Assembly (NCBI GenBank): GCA_950097015.1 | Contig: CATNEN010000002.1 | Location: 4,836,001-4,900,000 of the forward strand | Reading direction: 5' to 3' | Length of the DNA: 64,000 nucleotides | Source of the DNA: Macrostomum hystrix | Lineage: Eukaryota > Animalia > Platyhelminthes | Shown here: one piece after another, positions 23,982-35,058 of the stretch | Layout: the number at the start of each line of letters is the position of its first letter | Numbering within the stretch: the stretch's first letter is position 1 | The notes under the pieces: model-generated | Told to the model about the DNA's origin: nothing | Database searches by the model: none | What the model saw: the letters and a program-made list of their open reading frames with translations, nothing else | Position numbers and translations under genes: made by a program

Positions 23982-26900
23982 ATGAACTCGCTTAATCCTG
24001 AAGAGAAGCAGCCTGATTCAGCGTCACTCGCTGATGAAGAGCTGCTGGCTGCCATCAGAGACGATGACGTGGCCTCAGTAGATCGACTCATTGCCAGTGG
24101 CAACAGCGTCGATGCCCTCATTGCGTTTAAAGGCACGTTTTGGACACCAGCAATGCTTGCGTGCGAATTCGGAAGACAGGAAATCCTGATTAGGCTCATC
24201 AATGGCAGAGCGGATGTAGACAAGCAGAACTTAAGAGGAACCACAGCATTGTGGGTTGCATCCAAAAAAGGTTATCAGCTGCTAGTGAATTCGCTTATCA
24301 AATCACAAGCTGACATCAACATTCAACAATATCAGGGCGCATCACCTCTCCACATTGCCTCACGCAACGGCCATCATGAGGTAGCTCGCTTACTCATTCA
24401 AGCAGGAGCCGACGTCAATCTTCGAGAGAAAGCTAAAGGCGCATCACCTCTCTACATTGCCTCACAAATCGGCCATCATGAGGTGGCTCGCTTACTCATT
24501 CAAGCAGGAGCCGACGTCAATCTTCGAGAGAAAGCTAAAGGCGCATCACCTCTCTACATTGCCTCACAAATCGGCCATCATGAGGTGGCTCGCTCACTCA
24601 TTCAAGCTGGAGCCGACGTCAATCTTCAAGAGAAAGCTAAAGGCGCATCACCTCTCTTCATTGCCTCAAAAAACGGCCTTCATGAGGTAGCTCGCTCACT
24701 CATTCAAGCAGGAGCTGACGTCAATCTTCCAGATAAAGCTAATGGCTACTCACCTCTTCACATTGCCTCATACAACGGCCATCATGAGTTGGCTCGCTCA
24801 CTCATTCAAGCAGGAGCCGACGTCAATCTCCAAGATAAAGCTTATGGCTTCTCACCTCTTCTCATTGCGTCAAGTGGCGGCCATCAAGAGGTAGCTCGCT
24901 CACTCATTCAAGCAGGAGCCGACGTCAATCTTCAAGACAAAGCTAATGGCTACTCACCTCTCTACATTGCCTCACAACGCGGCCATCATGAGGTAGCTCG
25001 CTCACTCATTCAAGCAGGAGCCGACGTCAATCTTCAAGATAAAGCTAATGGCTACTCACCTCTCTACATTGCCTCACAACGCGGCCATCATGAGGTAGCT
25101 CGCTCACTCATTCAAGCAGGAGCCGACGTCAATCTTCAAGAAAAAGCTTTTGGCTCATCACCTCTATTCATGGCCTCATACAACGGCCATCATGAGTTGG
25201 CTCGCTCACTCATTCAAGCAGGAGCCGACGTCAATCTTCAAGATAAAGCTTATGGCTTCTCACCTCTTCTCATTGCGTCAATTTGCGGCCATCAAGAGGT
25301 AGCTCGCTCACTCATTCAAGCAGGAGCCGACGTCAATCTTCAAGATAAAGCTTATGGCTGCTCACCTCTCTACATTGCCTCAAAAATCGGCCATCATGAG
25401 GTGGCTCGCTTACTCATTCAAACAGGAGCCGACGTCAATCTTCCAGATAAAGCTAATGGCTACCCACCTCTCTTCATTGCCTCACAACACGGCCATCATG
25501 AGGTGGCTCGCTCACTTATTCAAGCAGGAGCCGACGTCAATCTTCAAGAGAAAGCTAATGACGCATCACCTCTTCTCATTGCCTCAGGTAACGGCCATCA
25601 AGAGGTAGCTCGCATACTCATTCAAGCAGGAGCCGACGTCAATCTTCAAGATAAAGTTAATGGCTGCTCACCTCTTCTCATTGCGTCAAGTGGCGGCCAT
25701 CAAGAGGTAGCTCGCTTACTCATTCAAGCAGGAGCCGACGTCAATCTTCAAGAAAATGCTTATGGCTGCTCACCTCTCTACATTGCCTCAAAAATCGGCC
25801 ATCATGAGTTGGCTCGCTTACTCATTCAAGCAGGAGCCGACGTCAATCTTCCAGATAAAGCTAATGGCTTCTCACCTCTTCACATTGCCTCACAACACGG
25901 CCATCATGAGTTGGCTCGCTCACTCATTCAAGCAGGAGCCGACGTCAATCTTCAAGATAAAGCTGATGGCAACTCACCTCTCTACATTGCCTCACAACGC
26001 GGCCATCATGAGGTAGCTCGCTCACTCATTCAAGCAGGAGCCGACGTCAATCTTCAAGATAAAGCTAATGGCTGCTCACCTCTTCACATTGCCTCACAAC
26101 GCGGCCATCATGAGGTGGCTCGCTCACTCATTCAAGCAGGAGCCGACGTCAATCTTCAAGATAAAGCTAATGGCTGCTCACCTCTTCACATTGCCTCACA
26201 TTGCGGCCATCAAGAGGTAGCTCGCTCACTCATTCAAGCAGGAGCCGACGTCAATCTTCAAGAGAAAACTTTTGGCTCATCACCTCTATTCATGGCCTCA
26301 TACAACGGCCATCATGAGTTGGCTCGCTCACTCATTCAAGCAGGAGCCGACGTCAATCTTCAAGATAAAGCTTATGGCTTCTCACCTCTTCTCATTGCGT
26401 CAATTTGCGGCCATCAAGAGGTAGCTCGCTCACTCATTCAAGCAGGAGCCGACGTCAATCTTCAAGATAAAGCTTATGGCTGCTCACCTCTCTACATTGC
26501 CTCACAACGCGGCCATCATAAGGTAGCTCGCTCACTTATTCAAGCAGGAGCCGACATCAATCTTCAAGATAAAGCTAATGGCTGCTCACCTCTTCACATT
26601 GCCTCACAACGCGGCCATCATGAGGTAGCTCGCTCACTCATTCAAGCAGGAGCCGACGTCAATCTTCAAGAGAAAACTTTTGGCTCATCACCTCTGTTCA
26701 TGGCCTCATACAACGGCCATCATGAGTTGGCTCGCTCACTCATTCAAGCAGGAGCCGACGTCAATCTTCAAGATAAAGCTTATGGCTTCTCACCTCTTCT
26801 CATTGCGTCAAGTTGTGGCCATCAAGAGGTAGCTCGCTCACTCATTCAAGCAGGAGCCGACGTCAATCTTCAAGATAAAGCTAATGGCTGCTCACCTCTC

Positions 26901-28663
26901 TACATTGCCTCACAACGCGGCCATCATAAGGTAGCTCGCTCACTTATTCAAGCAGGAGCCGACGTCAATCTTCAAGAGAAAACTTTTGGCTCATCACCTC
27001 TGTTCATGGCCTCATACAACGGCCATCATGAGTTGGCTCGCTCACTCATTCAAGCAGGAGCCGACGTCAATCTTCAAGATAAAGCTTATGGCTTCTCACC
27101 TCTTCTCATTGCGTCAAGTTGTGGCCATCAAGAGGTAGCTCGCTCACTCATTCAAGCAGGAGCCGACGTCAATCTTCAAGATAAAGCTTATGGCTACTCA
27201 CCTCTCTACATTGCCTCAAAAATCGGCCATCCTGAGGTGGCTCGCTTACTCATTCAAACAGGAGCCGACGTCAATCTTCAAGATAAAGCTAATGGCTACT
27301 CACCTCTCTACATTGCTTTAGGTTACGGCCATCAAGAGGTAGCTCGCATACTCATTCAAGCAGGAGCCGACGTCAATCTTCAAGATAAAGCTAATGGCAA
27401 CTCACCTCTCTACATTGCCTCACAACGCGGCCATCATAAGGTAGCTCGCTCACTTATTCAAGCAGGAGCCGACGTCAATCTTCAAGATAAAGCTAATGGC
27501 TACTCACCTCTTCACATTGCCTCACTTTTCGGACGTCATGAGGTGGCTCGCTCACTCATTCAAGCAGGAGCCGACGTCAATCTTCAAGAGAAAGCTTATG
27601 GCTTCTCACCTCTCTACATTGCTTTAGGTTACGGCCATCAAGAGGTAGCTCGCATACTCATTCAAGCAGGAGCCGACGTCAATCTTCAAGATAAAGCTAA
27701 TGGCCGCTTACCTCTTCACATTGCCTCACTTTTCGGACGTCATGAGGTAGCTCGCTCACTCATTCAAGCAGGAGCCGACGTCAATCTTCAAGAGAAAGCT
27801 AATGACGCATCACCTCTCCACATTGCCTCAGAAAATGGCTATCATGAGCTGGCTCGCTCACTCATTCAAGCAGGAGCCGACGTCAATCTTCAAGAGAAAG
27901 CTTATGGCTGCTCACCTCTTCACATTGCCTCACATTGCGGCCATCCTGAGGTAGCTCGCTCACTCATTCAAGCAGGAGCCGACGTCAATCTTCAAGAGAA
28001 AACTTTTGGCTCATCACCTCTATTCATGGCCTCATACAACGGCCATCATGAGTTGGCTCGCTCACTCATTCAAGCAGGAGCCGACGTCAATCTTCAAGCG
28101 AAAGCTAATGGCTTCTCACCTCTCTACATTGCCTCACATTGCGGCCATCAAGAGGTAGCTCGCTCACTCATTCAAGCAGGAGCCGACGTCAATCTTCAAG
28201 ATAAAGCTAATGGCTACTCACCTCTTCACATTGCCTCACATTGCGGCCATCAAGAGGTAGCTCGCTTACTCATTCAAGCAGGAGCCGACGTCAATCTTCA
28301 AGAGAAAGCTTATGGCTTCTCACCTCTTCACATTGCCTCACATTGCGGCCATCAAGAGGTAGCTCGCTCACTCATTCAAGCAGGAGCCGACGTCAATCTT
28401 CAAGATAAAGCTTATGGCTACTCACCTCTCTACATTGCCTCACATTGCGGCCATCAAGAGGTAGCTCGCTCACTCATTCAAGCAGGAGCCGACGTCAATC
28501 TTCAAGATAAAGCTAATGGCTACTCACCTCTCTACATTGCCTCACAACGCGGCCATCATGAGGTAGCTCGCTCACTCATTCAAGCAGGAGCCGACGGAGC
28601 CCTTGCAGCTCTAGATCTTCATGCCTTATTTGAGTTGGGCGATCGCCAGACATGCAGCAGAAG
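23982..28663 (+). CDS. ANK-cGLR exon 1: ~3-4 divergent ankyrin repeats plus 41 tandem 34-aa ankyrin repeats
   Basis: Uninterrupted ORF from ATG 23982; 102-nt period from 24408 to 28589 (41 units, consensus ADVNLQDKANGxSPLxIASxxGHHEVARSLIQAG); strong donor AAG|GTATGT at 28663/28664 (phase 2). Confidence 0.9.
24408..28589 (+). repeat. Coding tandem array, 41 x 102 nt (ankyrin repeats)
   Basis: Counted from the translated ORF; framework TCATTCAAGCAGGAGCCGACGTCAATCTTCAAGA is nearly invariant. Confidence 0.97.
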
Positions 28664-29559
28664 GTATGTCTGTACTTGCTATGCCCGGATAATTTTGATA
28701 AAAATAATGCCCTCATCGGGCTAGTTGTTCAGCCTACGTAGCACTTGCGTGGCGCATCTGAAGGCTGTGCACTGCTCTTCAGTCCCTGCTTCAGAACCCC
28801 CGACCTAGGCTGGAACCCCTAGTTGCCCCTACATTTATCTGCCCTTGCCTTTGGATTTTCTGCAGTCATCACCTTCTTACGCTGCACTCCAGTGCGTTGT
28901 CTGCCTTGTGCAGTCCGTGCTCGATCGCGTTCTCTCGATCTTCAACCTGCTTGTTTTAGAATATCAGTGTTCTTTCAATTCAGCGATTGAATGAGAAAGA
29001 CTTATGATAAGTACAAAATTGGCTTGCCCAAATCGTTTCTGATAGCTGGAAGTAAATCATAAATCATAGATTTGAATCAGCTGTGGTGCAATTCAATATT
29101 AGCATACGCCCATACAAGCAAAGGTGCACCTTCTTACTTTAGAACTCTGCCCCTGGAGGCACAATATGTTCATAAACGTCTCAAAAGTTTTTTCGCTTTC
29201 AAAAGTTTTCAGGACAAAATTTTGCTTTTAGAGATATGCTTACACACCTGGATACTTTTAAATATTGTTCACCGCTTCTAGAAAACGCTAATCTTTACTG
29301 CCTAAACTGGGCGAAAATTTACTGGGGCCACTCTGCGCATGGTCAATTTAAGGAAGGGAAATTTCTAAGAGTTATAAAACCGGTTTCACTCTGTAAGAAA
29401 TCTTAACAGAATAGTGAAATATGAAAAGTGAATTCTTTGCCAGAATGCTTCCCTAAATGTTCAAAAACAGAACAACATGCTGAGATAAATTTTCTCAGGC
29501 TCCTCAGAGCCTCCCAGCCTTACTCAAACTCAGCACTGCCGCCTCCCTTCACCCTTCAG

Positions 29560-29909
29560 CGTCGCACCCAGCGACGCAGAGCTGAGTCGGCAGCTGCACT
29601 CCAAGCTCTCTCAGTCAGGATTCGTGGACTCCAGAGCCGCCTTGCAGATCGCTGTGGCTGACGTCTTGCAGGATGTTCTCAGGAAGAGAATGAACTCTGA
29701 GAACTGGTTCGTTATGGGCAGCTTCTCTGAGGCTTGGGGCAACAGCCTGGTCTCTCTGGATGGAGGAACTGACATCGACTCTGACATCGATGTTATTCAG
29801 CTGATTCCAGGAAGGCCGATTCACCCGAGAGATGTGTGCGAGTGCGACCGAGTGGAGGCTGCTCAGACAGTGGAACTCAGCAATGGCCACATCCTGAGCT
29901 CCGGATTCG
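29560..29909 (+). CDS. ANK-cGLR exon 2: nucleotidyltransferase active-site exon
   Basis: Polypyrimidine acceptor GCCTCCCTTCACCCTTCAG (ends 29559, phase 2); encodes FVMGSFSEAWG...TDIDSDIDVIQL (hG[S]...DhD motif); donor G|GTGAGA at 29909/29910 (phase 1). Confidence 0.85.
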
Positions 29910-30614
29910 GTGAGAATTTCCTGCCAGAGACTGTCGGGATGGCCGGGACAAGAATTGAACATGTGTTTGGCTTAGTGAATCTTGTCTTTAAATGAAACAG
30001 CAATCGATAAAAAAAGTAACAAATTTTCAATCTAGACAGGCAATTCCAGGCAAAATGGAGAGTTGGAATTTAGTTTCTGATTTCGCTTCTTCTGCTAAGC
30101 AAGCAGAGGCTTAGCACCCTGTACTAAGTAAACCATGATGCCATAGGATACTTTCTCTGTTTCGTAGGTTCGCTATGATTTCACAGTCACATCATTGCAA
30201 CAACGGCTCATGTAAAATTGAAGGATTTGAAAGAAAGAAATAAAGATAAGAAGAAAGAAAATTGAAGTTTATACACACCAGTTGGCAAATTCATCATTGA
30301 CTAAATCCGGAAGTCAGTGCAAATTAGAGTTACCCATCACGCCCACACCTGCAACAAATCCTAATAAACCGAAGGTATACAAAGAATAAATTTGATTTAT
30401 ACTCTAAATGCTTTTGATCCTTACCTTTATAGTTAGCAAATCGTAGCACTATTTTTTCTGTTTCGATTTTTTGCACCTGTTTGCAGATATAGTAAAATAC
30501 CAAATAGTATTCAAAAATTAAAAAAATATTTTCAAAGATTTTCAAATGTTTTAAAAAATCTGATTTGTAAGCTAATGGCATTTTCTATATTTCTCGAATT
30601 TCCCATTTCTCCAG

Positions 30615-32074
30615 CCTCCAACCCAGCCATTACACAACCTGGATCCACCCTGAAACCGGCTGTGGACCTTGTCACCGCCCGCCGCCTCTGCCGCTACCCT
30701 CCCATCGCGCCGCTGCAGCCACCAAGAGTCTCCAAATCCAACATCCCCCAGTCCGTGCTGCAGTCGCTCGAGCGAGATATTAGCTCTCCCTCATCGCCCT
30801 GTCACGTGGTGCACGCAGCTCCTCCCGGAATGGGGGGCCAGCAGCTCCGAGTGAGCAGCAGCTTCCTGGAGAGGCGACTGCTGCGGAGTCTCAGCACTCT
30901 GCAAGGCCAGCTGTTCGTCACACTCAAGTGGCTGCTGAAGAAGAAAATCTCAAACGTCGGCTTCAAGTCCTATCACGCGAAGACCGTCACGTTCCGAATG
31001 CTGGAGGAGACACCGGCTGAGCAGTGGAAGCCGAAGAATCTCGTGAGTCTCACGAGACGCTCGCTGCAGATGCTGCTCGACGGTGTGGAGAGCGGCTTCA
31101 GATCAGACACACCTGACGGTCGGATCCTGGAGCACTTCTTCCTGAGCGATGCCGCTGTGTACCTGAAAGGCTTGAAGTCGCCCACATCAGCTGAGAGAGT
31201 GAGCGAAGCGTTGAATCGGGCAGCCGGCGCATTGAGAGACGCCATGGCTGAGCTGCCTCAGCTGCTGCTGCAGTTCGAGGACAGTCTGCGACCCGTCACC
31301 GACTCGGGCCGATTCCGATTCCACCCGTTCCTCATCCTGCCGTTTCTCAATGACCGACCCGTGTCAGAAGCCAAGACATGCGAGTTCCACGATATCTACG
31401 ACCTCGTGAGAGAGTCGGTGCTTTGTCTGTCCGATGGAGACCGCAGTCCGCAGTCCCGAGAAAGTCTCACAGAGCTGATCGACAAACTGCCAGACTGCGC
31501 CCGATCAGTGCGAGAGTCTCTCAGAGCGCTGGCGTGCCTGAAGTTCGGCGACCGACTTAGTGCAGCGAGAGTTGTGAGCGACTGCGGGCCGCTCAGTGCG
31601 AGCAGAGGCATCGATTGGGGAGCTGAGAGGTCGGCGAGTGAGGCCACTGCGGACTTTGTGTGGCAGCACCTGAGGAGCCGAGACTCCGCCTGGAAATTCT
31701 GCTTCGCGTTTGACGAGCGACCGAAGCTGCCGATTGAGCACAAAGTCTTTGTCGACTGCTTTCCGCTGCAGATGGAGAACAGCAACAAACACTTCTACCT
31801 GAACTTTGACGCCCTGCTGCGGGCTCTTCGCAATGAGTTGTCAGGAGCAGGAGACGAGAGCGATCAGGACTGGATCCGGGACGTGGCTCAGAGTAAGGAT
31901 GCGGACGAGCAGGAGCTGCTGGTGGCTGCGGCGATCTGCGAAGATCTGGAGCTGCTGCGGCTGCTGCGCAGAAGAATAAGGCAGCTGTGCCGGCTGCCGG
32001 GGTGGCTGCAGCAGAAGATTGAGAGGCTGAGCAGTCAAGGCGAAGATCGCCAAAACCAAATCGGATTGCGTTGA
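30615..32074 (+). CDS. ANK-cGLR exon 3: Mab-21/cGAS-like lobe plus C-terminal extension
   Basis: Acceptor TTTCTCCAG (phase 1); [39 protein letters not shown]; stop TGA at 32072-32074. Three-exon join is 6492 nt = 2163 aa plus stop. Confidence 0.9.
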
Positions 32075-32186
32075 CTAAGGTGAGACCAAAGTGGAATAGA
32101 AAGTAAACAAAGTTGTGGATCAGATGTTGCACATGCTTAGGGTGTTTAGGGTGTTTGTGACCCTAAACTATATGCCATGTGGTCAC

Positions 32187-32895
32187 GTTAATGGGGGGTT
32201 AATTGGAAGTGAGACTTTCAGTTAATGGCCAAGGCCACGAGCGGCGATTAGCCGCGAGTGGCAATTTGGCCATTGTTCGAAATGTCACTTCACGTTAATG
32301 ACATCTCTGTCATAGACAACTGCAGTTAATGACAAGTCTCTTACCTCCCTTTCGCACATAGACAAATCGATCAATGCAGCTAATTGGAAGTGAGACTTTC
32401 AGTTAATGGCCAAATTGCCACTCGCGGCTAATCGCCGCTCGTGGCCTTGGCCATTAACTGAAAGTCTCACTTCCAATTAACCCCCCATTAACTGAAAGTC
32501 TCACTTCCAATTAACCCCCCATTAACTGAAAGTCTCACTTCCAATTAACCCCCCATTAACTGAAAGTCTCACTTCCAATTAACCCCCCATTAACTGAAAG
32601 TCTCACTTCCAATTAACCCCCCATTAACTGAAAGTCTCACTTCCAATTAACCCCCCATTAACTGAAAGTCTCACTTCCAATTAACCCCCCATTAACTGAA
32701 AGTCTCACTTCCAATTAACCCCCCATTAACTGAAAGTCTCACTTCCAATTAACCCCCCATTAACTGAAAGTCTCACTTCCAATTAGCTGCATTGATCGAT
32801 TTGTCTATGTGCGAAAGGGAGGTAAGAGACTTGTCATTAACTGCAGTTGTCTATGACAGAGATGTCATTAACGTGAAGTGACATTTCGAACAATG
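32187..32895. repeat. Interleaved inverted repeats X-Y-X'-(34-nt)n-Y'
   Basis: X 32187-32274 is the reverse complement of 32405-32492; Y 32271-32409 is the reverse complement of 32757-32895; ~10 copies of ATTAACTGAAAGTCTCACTTCCAATTAACCCCCC at 32453-32785. Confidence 0.9.
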
Positions 32896-33090
32896 AGAAG
32901 CAAACTAGGAGACACATTTTAATTAATGCATTTCCTGATCGAATTTTACGTTGGAGACAAGGATGGATATGGCATAACAAAGCTGGCTCTTGACCACTAA
33001 AATTCTTCAGGCGAAAAACCACCTCTAGGGCCAGTGACCATCGAACTTCAGGCCAGTGACCATCGAACTTCAGGCCAGTGACCATCGACA

Positions 33091-33812
33091 ATCCCGATCC
33101 CAGATCCCGATCCCAGATCCCGATCCCAGATCCCGATCCCAGATCCCGATCCCAGATCCCGATCCCAGATCCCGATCCCAGATCCCGATCCCAGATCCCG
33201 ATCCCAGATCCCGATCCCAGATCCCGATCCCAGATCCCGATCCCAGATCCCGATCCCAGATCCCGATCCCAGATCCCGATCCCAGATCCCGATCCCAGAT
33301 CCCGATCCCAGATCCCGATCCCAGATCCCGATCCCAGATCCCGATCCCAGATCCCGATCCCAGATCCCGATCCCAGATCCCGATCCCAGATCCCGATCCC
33401 AGATCCCGATCCCAGATCCCGATCCCAGATCCCGATCCCAGATCCCGATCCCAGATCCCGATCCCAGATCCCGATCCCAGATCCCGATCCCAGATCCCGA
33501 TCCCAGATCCCGATCCCAGATCCCGATCCCAGATCCCGATCCCAGATCCCGATCCCAGATCCCGATCCCAGATCCCGATCCCAGATCCCGATCCCAGATC
33601 CCGATCCCAGATCCCGATCCCAGATCCCGATCCCAGATCCCGATCCCAGATCCCGATCCCAGATCCCGATCCCAGATCCCGATCCCAGATCCCGATCCCA
33701 GATCCCGATCCCAGATCCCGATCCCAGATCCCGATCCCAGATCCCGATCCCAGATCCCGATCCCAGATCCCGATCCCAGATCCCGATCCCAGATCCCGAT
33801 CCCAGATCCCAG
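33091..33812. repeat. Near-perfect 13-nt array (CCCGATCCCAGAT)n, ~55 copies
   Basis: Direct inspection; preceded by 3 copies of a 23-nt unit at ~33028-33088. Confidence 0.97.
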
Positions 33813-34179
33813 ATCTCAGAGCTAACCCAGATCTTAGCGTTGAAATTTGTTTTTAATTTTTGTATATACATTGTTTAGTTTTGTACATACTTTGTCTGCT
33901 TCATATTTGCCTGCACCTGGCACTAATGCCCACCATTGCACAGTTTGCTGCTTAGTTTTCATGCTTGGTATTTAGTTTTTATAATGTTTTTATGAAATAT
34001 TTTGGTTTGCTAACAAGCCTCTGTAAAACTGTACTTCTAGCTTTCAGTGTATTTGGTTGAAGTGACCGACTGCGATTGCCAGACACGAATCCTCACAATC
34101 AGCTGACAGATGGTGCCAAATCCCTACTCGAATCAGATCCCAAAACCAGACTCACGAACCAGAATCCACAACCAGAATT

Positions 34180-34528
34180 CTAAAAAAATCCTGAACTAGA
34201 ATCCCAAACTAGAATCCAAAACTAGAATCCCCAAACAAGAATCCAAAACTATAATCCCCAAACCAGAATCCCAAACTAGAATCCCAAACCAGAATCCCAA
34301 ACCAGAATCCCTAACCAGAACCCCAAACTAGAATCCCAAACCAGAATCCCAAACCAGAATCCCAAACCAGAATCCCAAACCAGAATCCCAAACCAGAAAC
34401 CCAAACCAGAACCCCAAACTAGAATCCCAAACCAGAATCCCAAACCAGAACCCCAAACCAGAATCCCAAACCAGACCCCAAACCAGAATCCCAATCCAGA
34501 ATCCCAAACCAGAATCCCAAACTAGAAT
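34180..34528. repeat. 13-nt minisatellite (AAACCAGAATCCC)n
   Basis: Direct inspection. Confidence 0.9.
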
Positions 34529-34704
34529 CCGAATGAAGATGAGCACAACAGTTGTTGAGCACAGCAATAGTTGAGGCGGCCCTCACAGCTCAGAAGAGAA
34601 GCCTGGGTATGCTCACGCACCCACCTCCCTCCGCCCTCCGCTGTGAGCAAGGCTCGCGATTTCTGTGCAATCCGCAGCCTCCCAGTACCGAGGCGAAGGC
34701 GCGA

Positions 34705-35058
34705 AGGGGAGAAACAGACAGACAGAAGGGGAGAAACAGACAGACATAAGGGGAGAAACAGACAGACAGAAGGGGAGAAACAGACAGGCAGAAGGGGAGA
34801 AACAGACAGACAGAAGGGGAGAAACAGACAGACAGAAGGGGAGAAACAGACAGACATAAGGGGAGAAACAGACAGACAGAAGGGGAGAAACAGACAGACA
34901 GAAGGGGAGAAACAGACAGACAGAAGGGGAGAAACAGACAGACAGAAGGGGAGAAACAGACAGACAGAAGGGGAGAAACAGACAGACAGAAGGGGAGAAA
35001 CAGACAGACAGAAGGGGAGAAACAGACAGACAGAAGGGGAGAAACAGACAGACAGAAG
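34705..35058. repeat. 22-nt minisatellite (GAAGGGGAGAAACAGACAGACA)n
   Basis: About 16 copies. Confidence 0.95.

Noticed and set aside
24408-28589. Constant-plus-variable periodic array resembling CRISPR
   Set aside because: Variable parts are related to each other and in frame within an ankyrin ORF; no unique spacers or cas genes; eukaryotic context
29499-29559. Alternative acceptor TTTCTCAG (29498) for cGLR2 exon 2
   Set aside because: Phase 1, incompatible with the phase-2 ankyrin donor; the 29559 acceptor has a better pyrimidine tract and matching phase. It remains a candidate if another upstream exon exists
32837-33878. GSGSGIGIWDRDL / SRSQIPIPDPDPR repeat ORFs
   Set aside because: Artefact of a 13-nt array open in multiple frames on both strands
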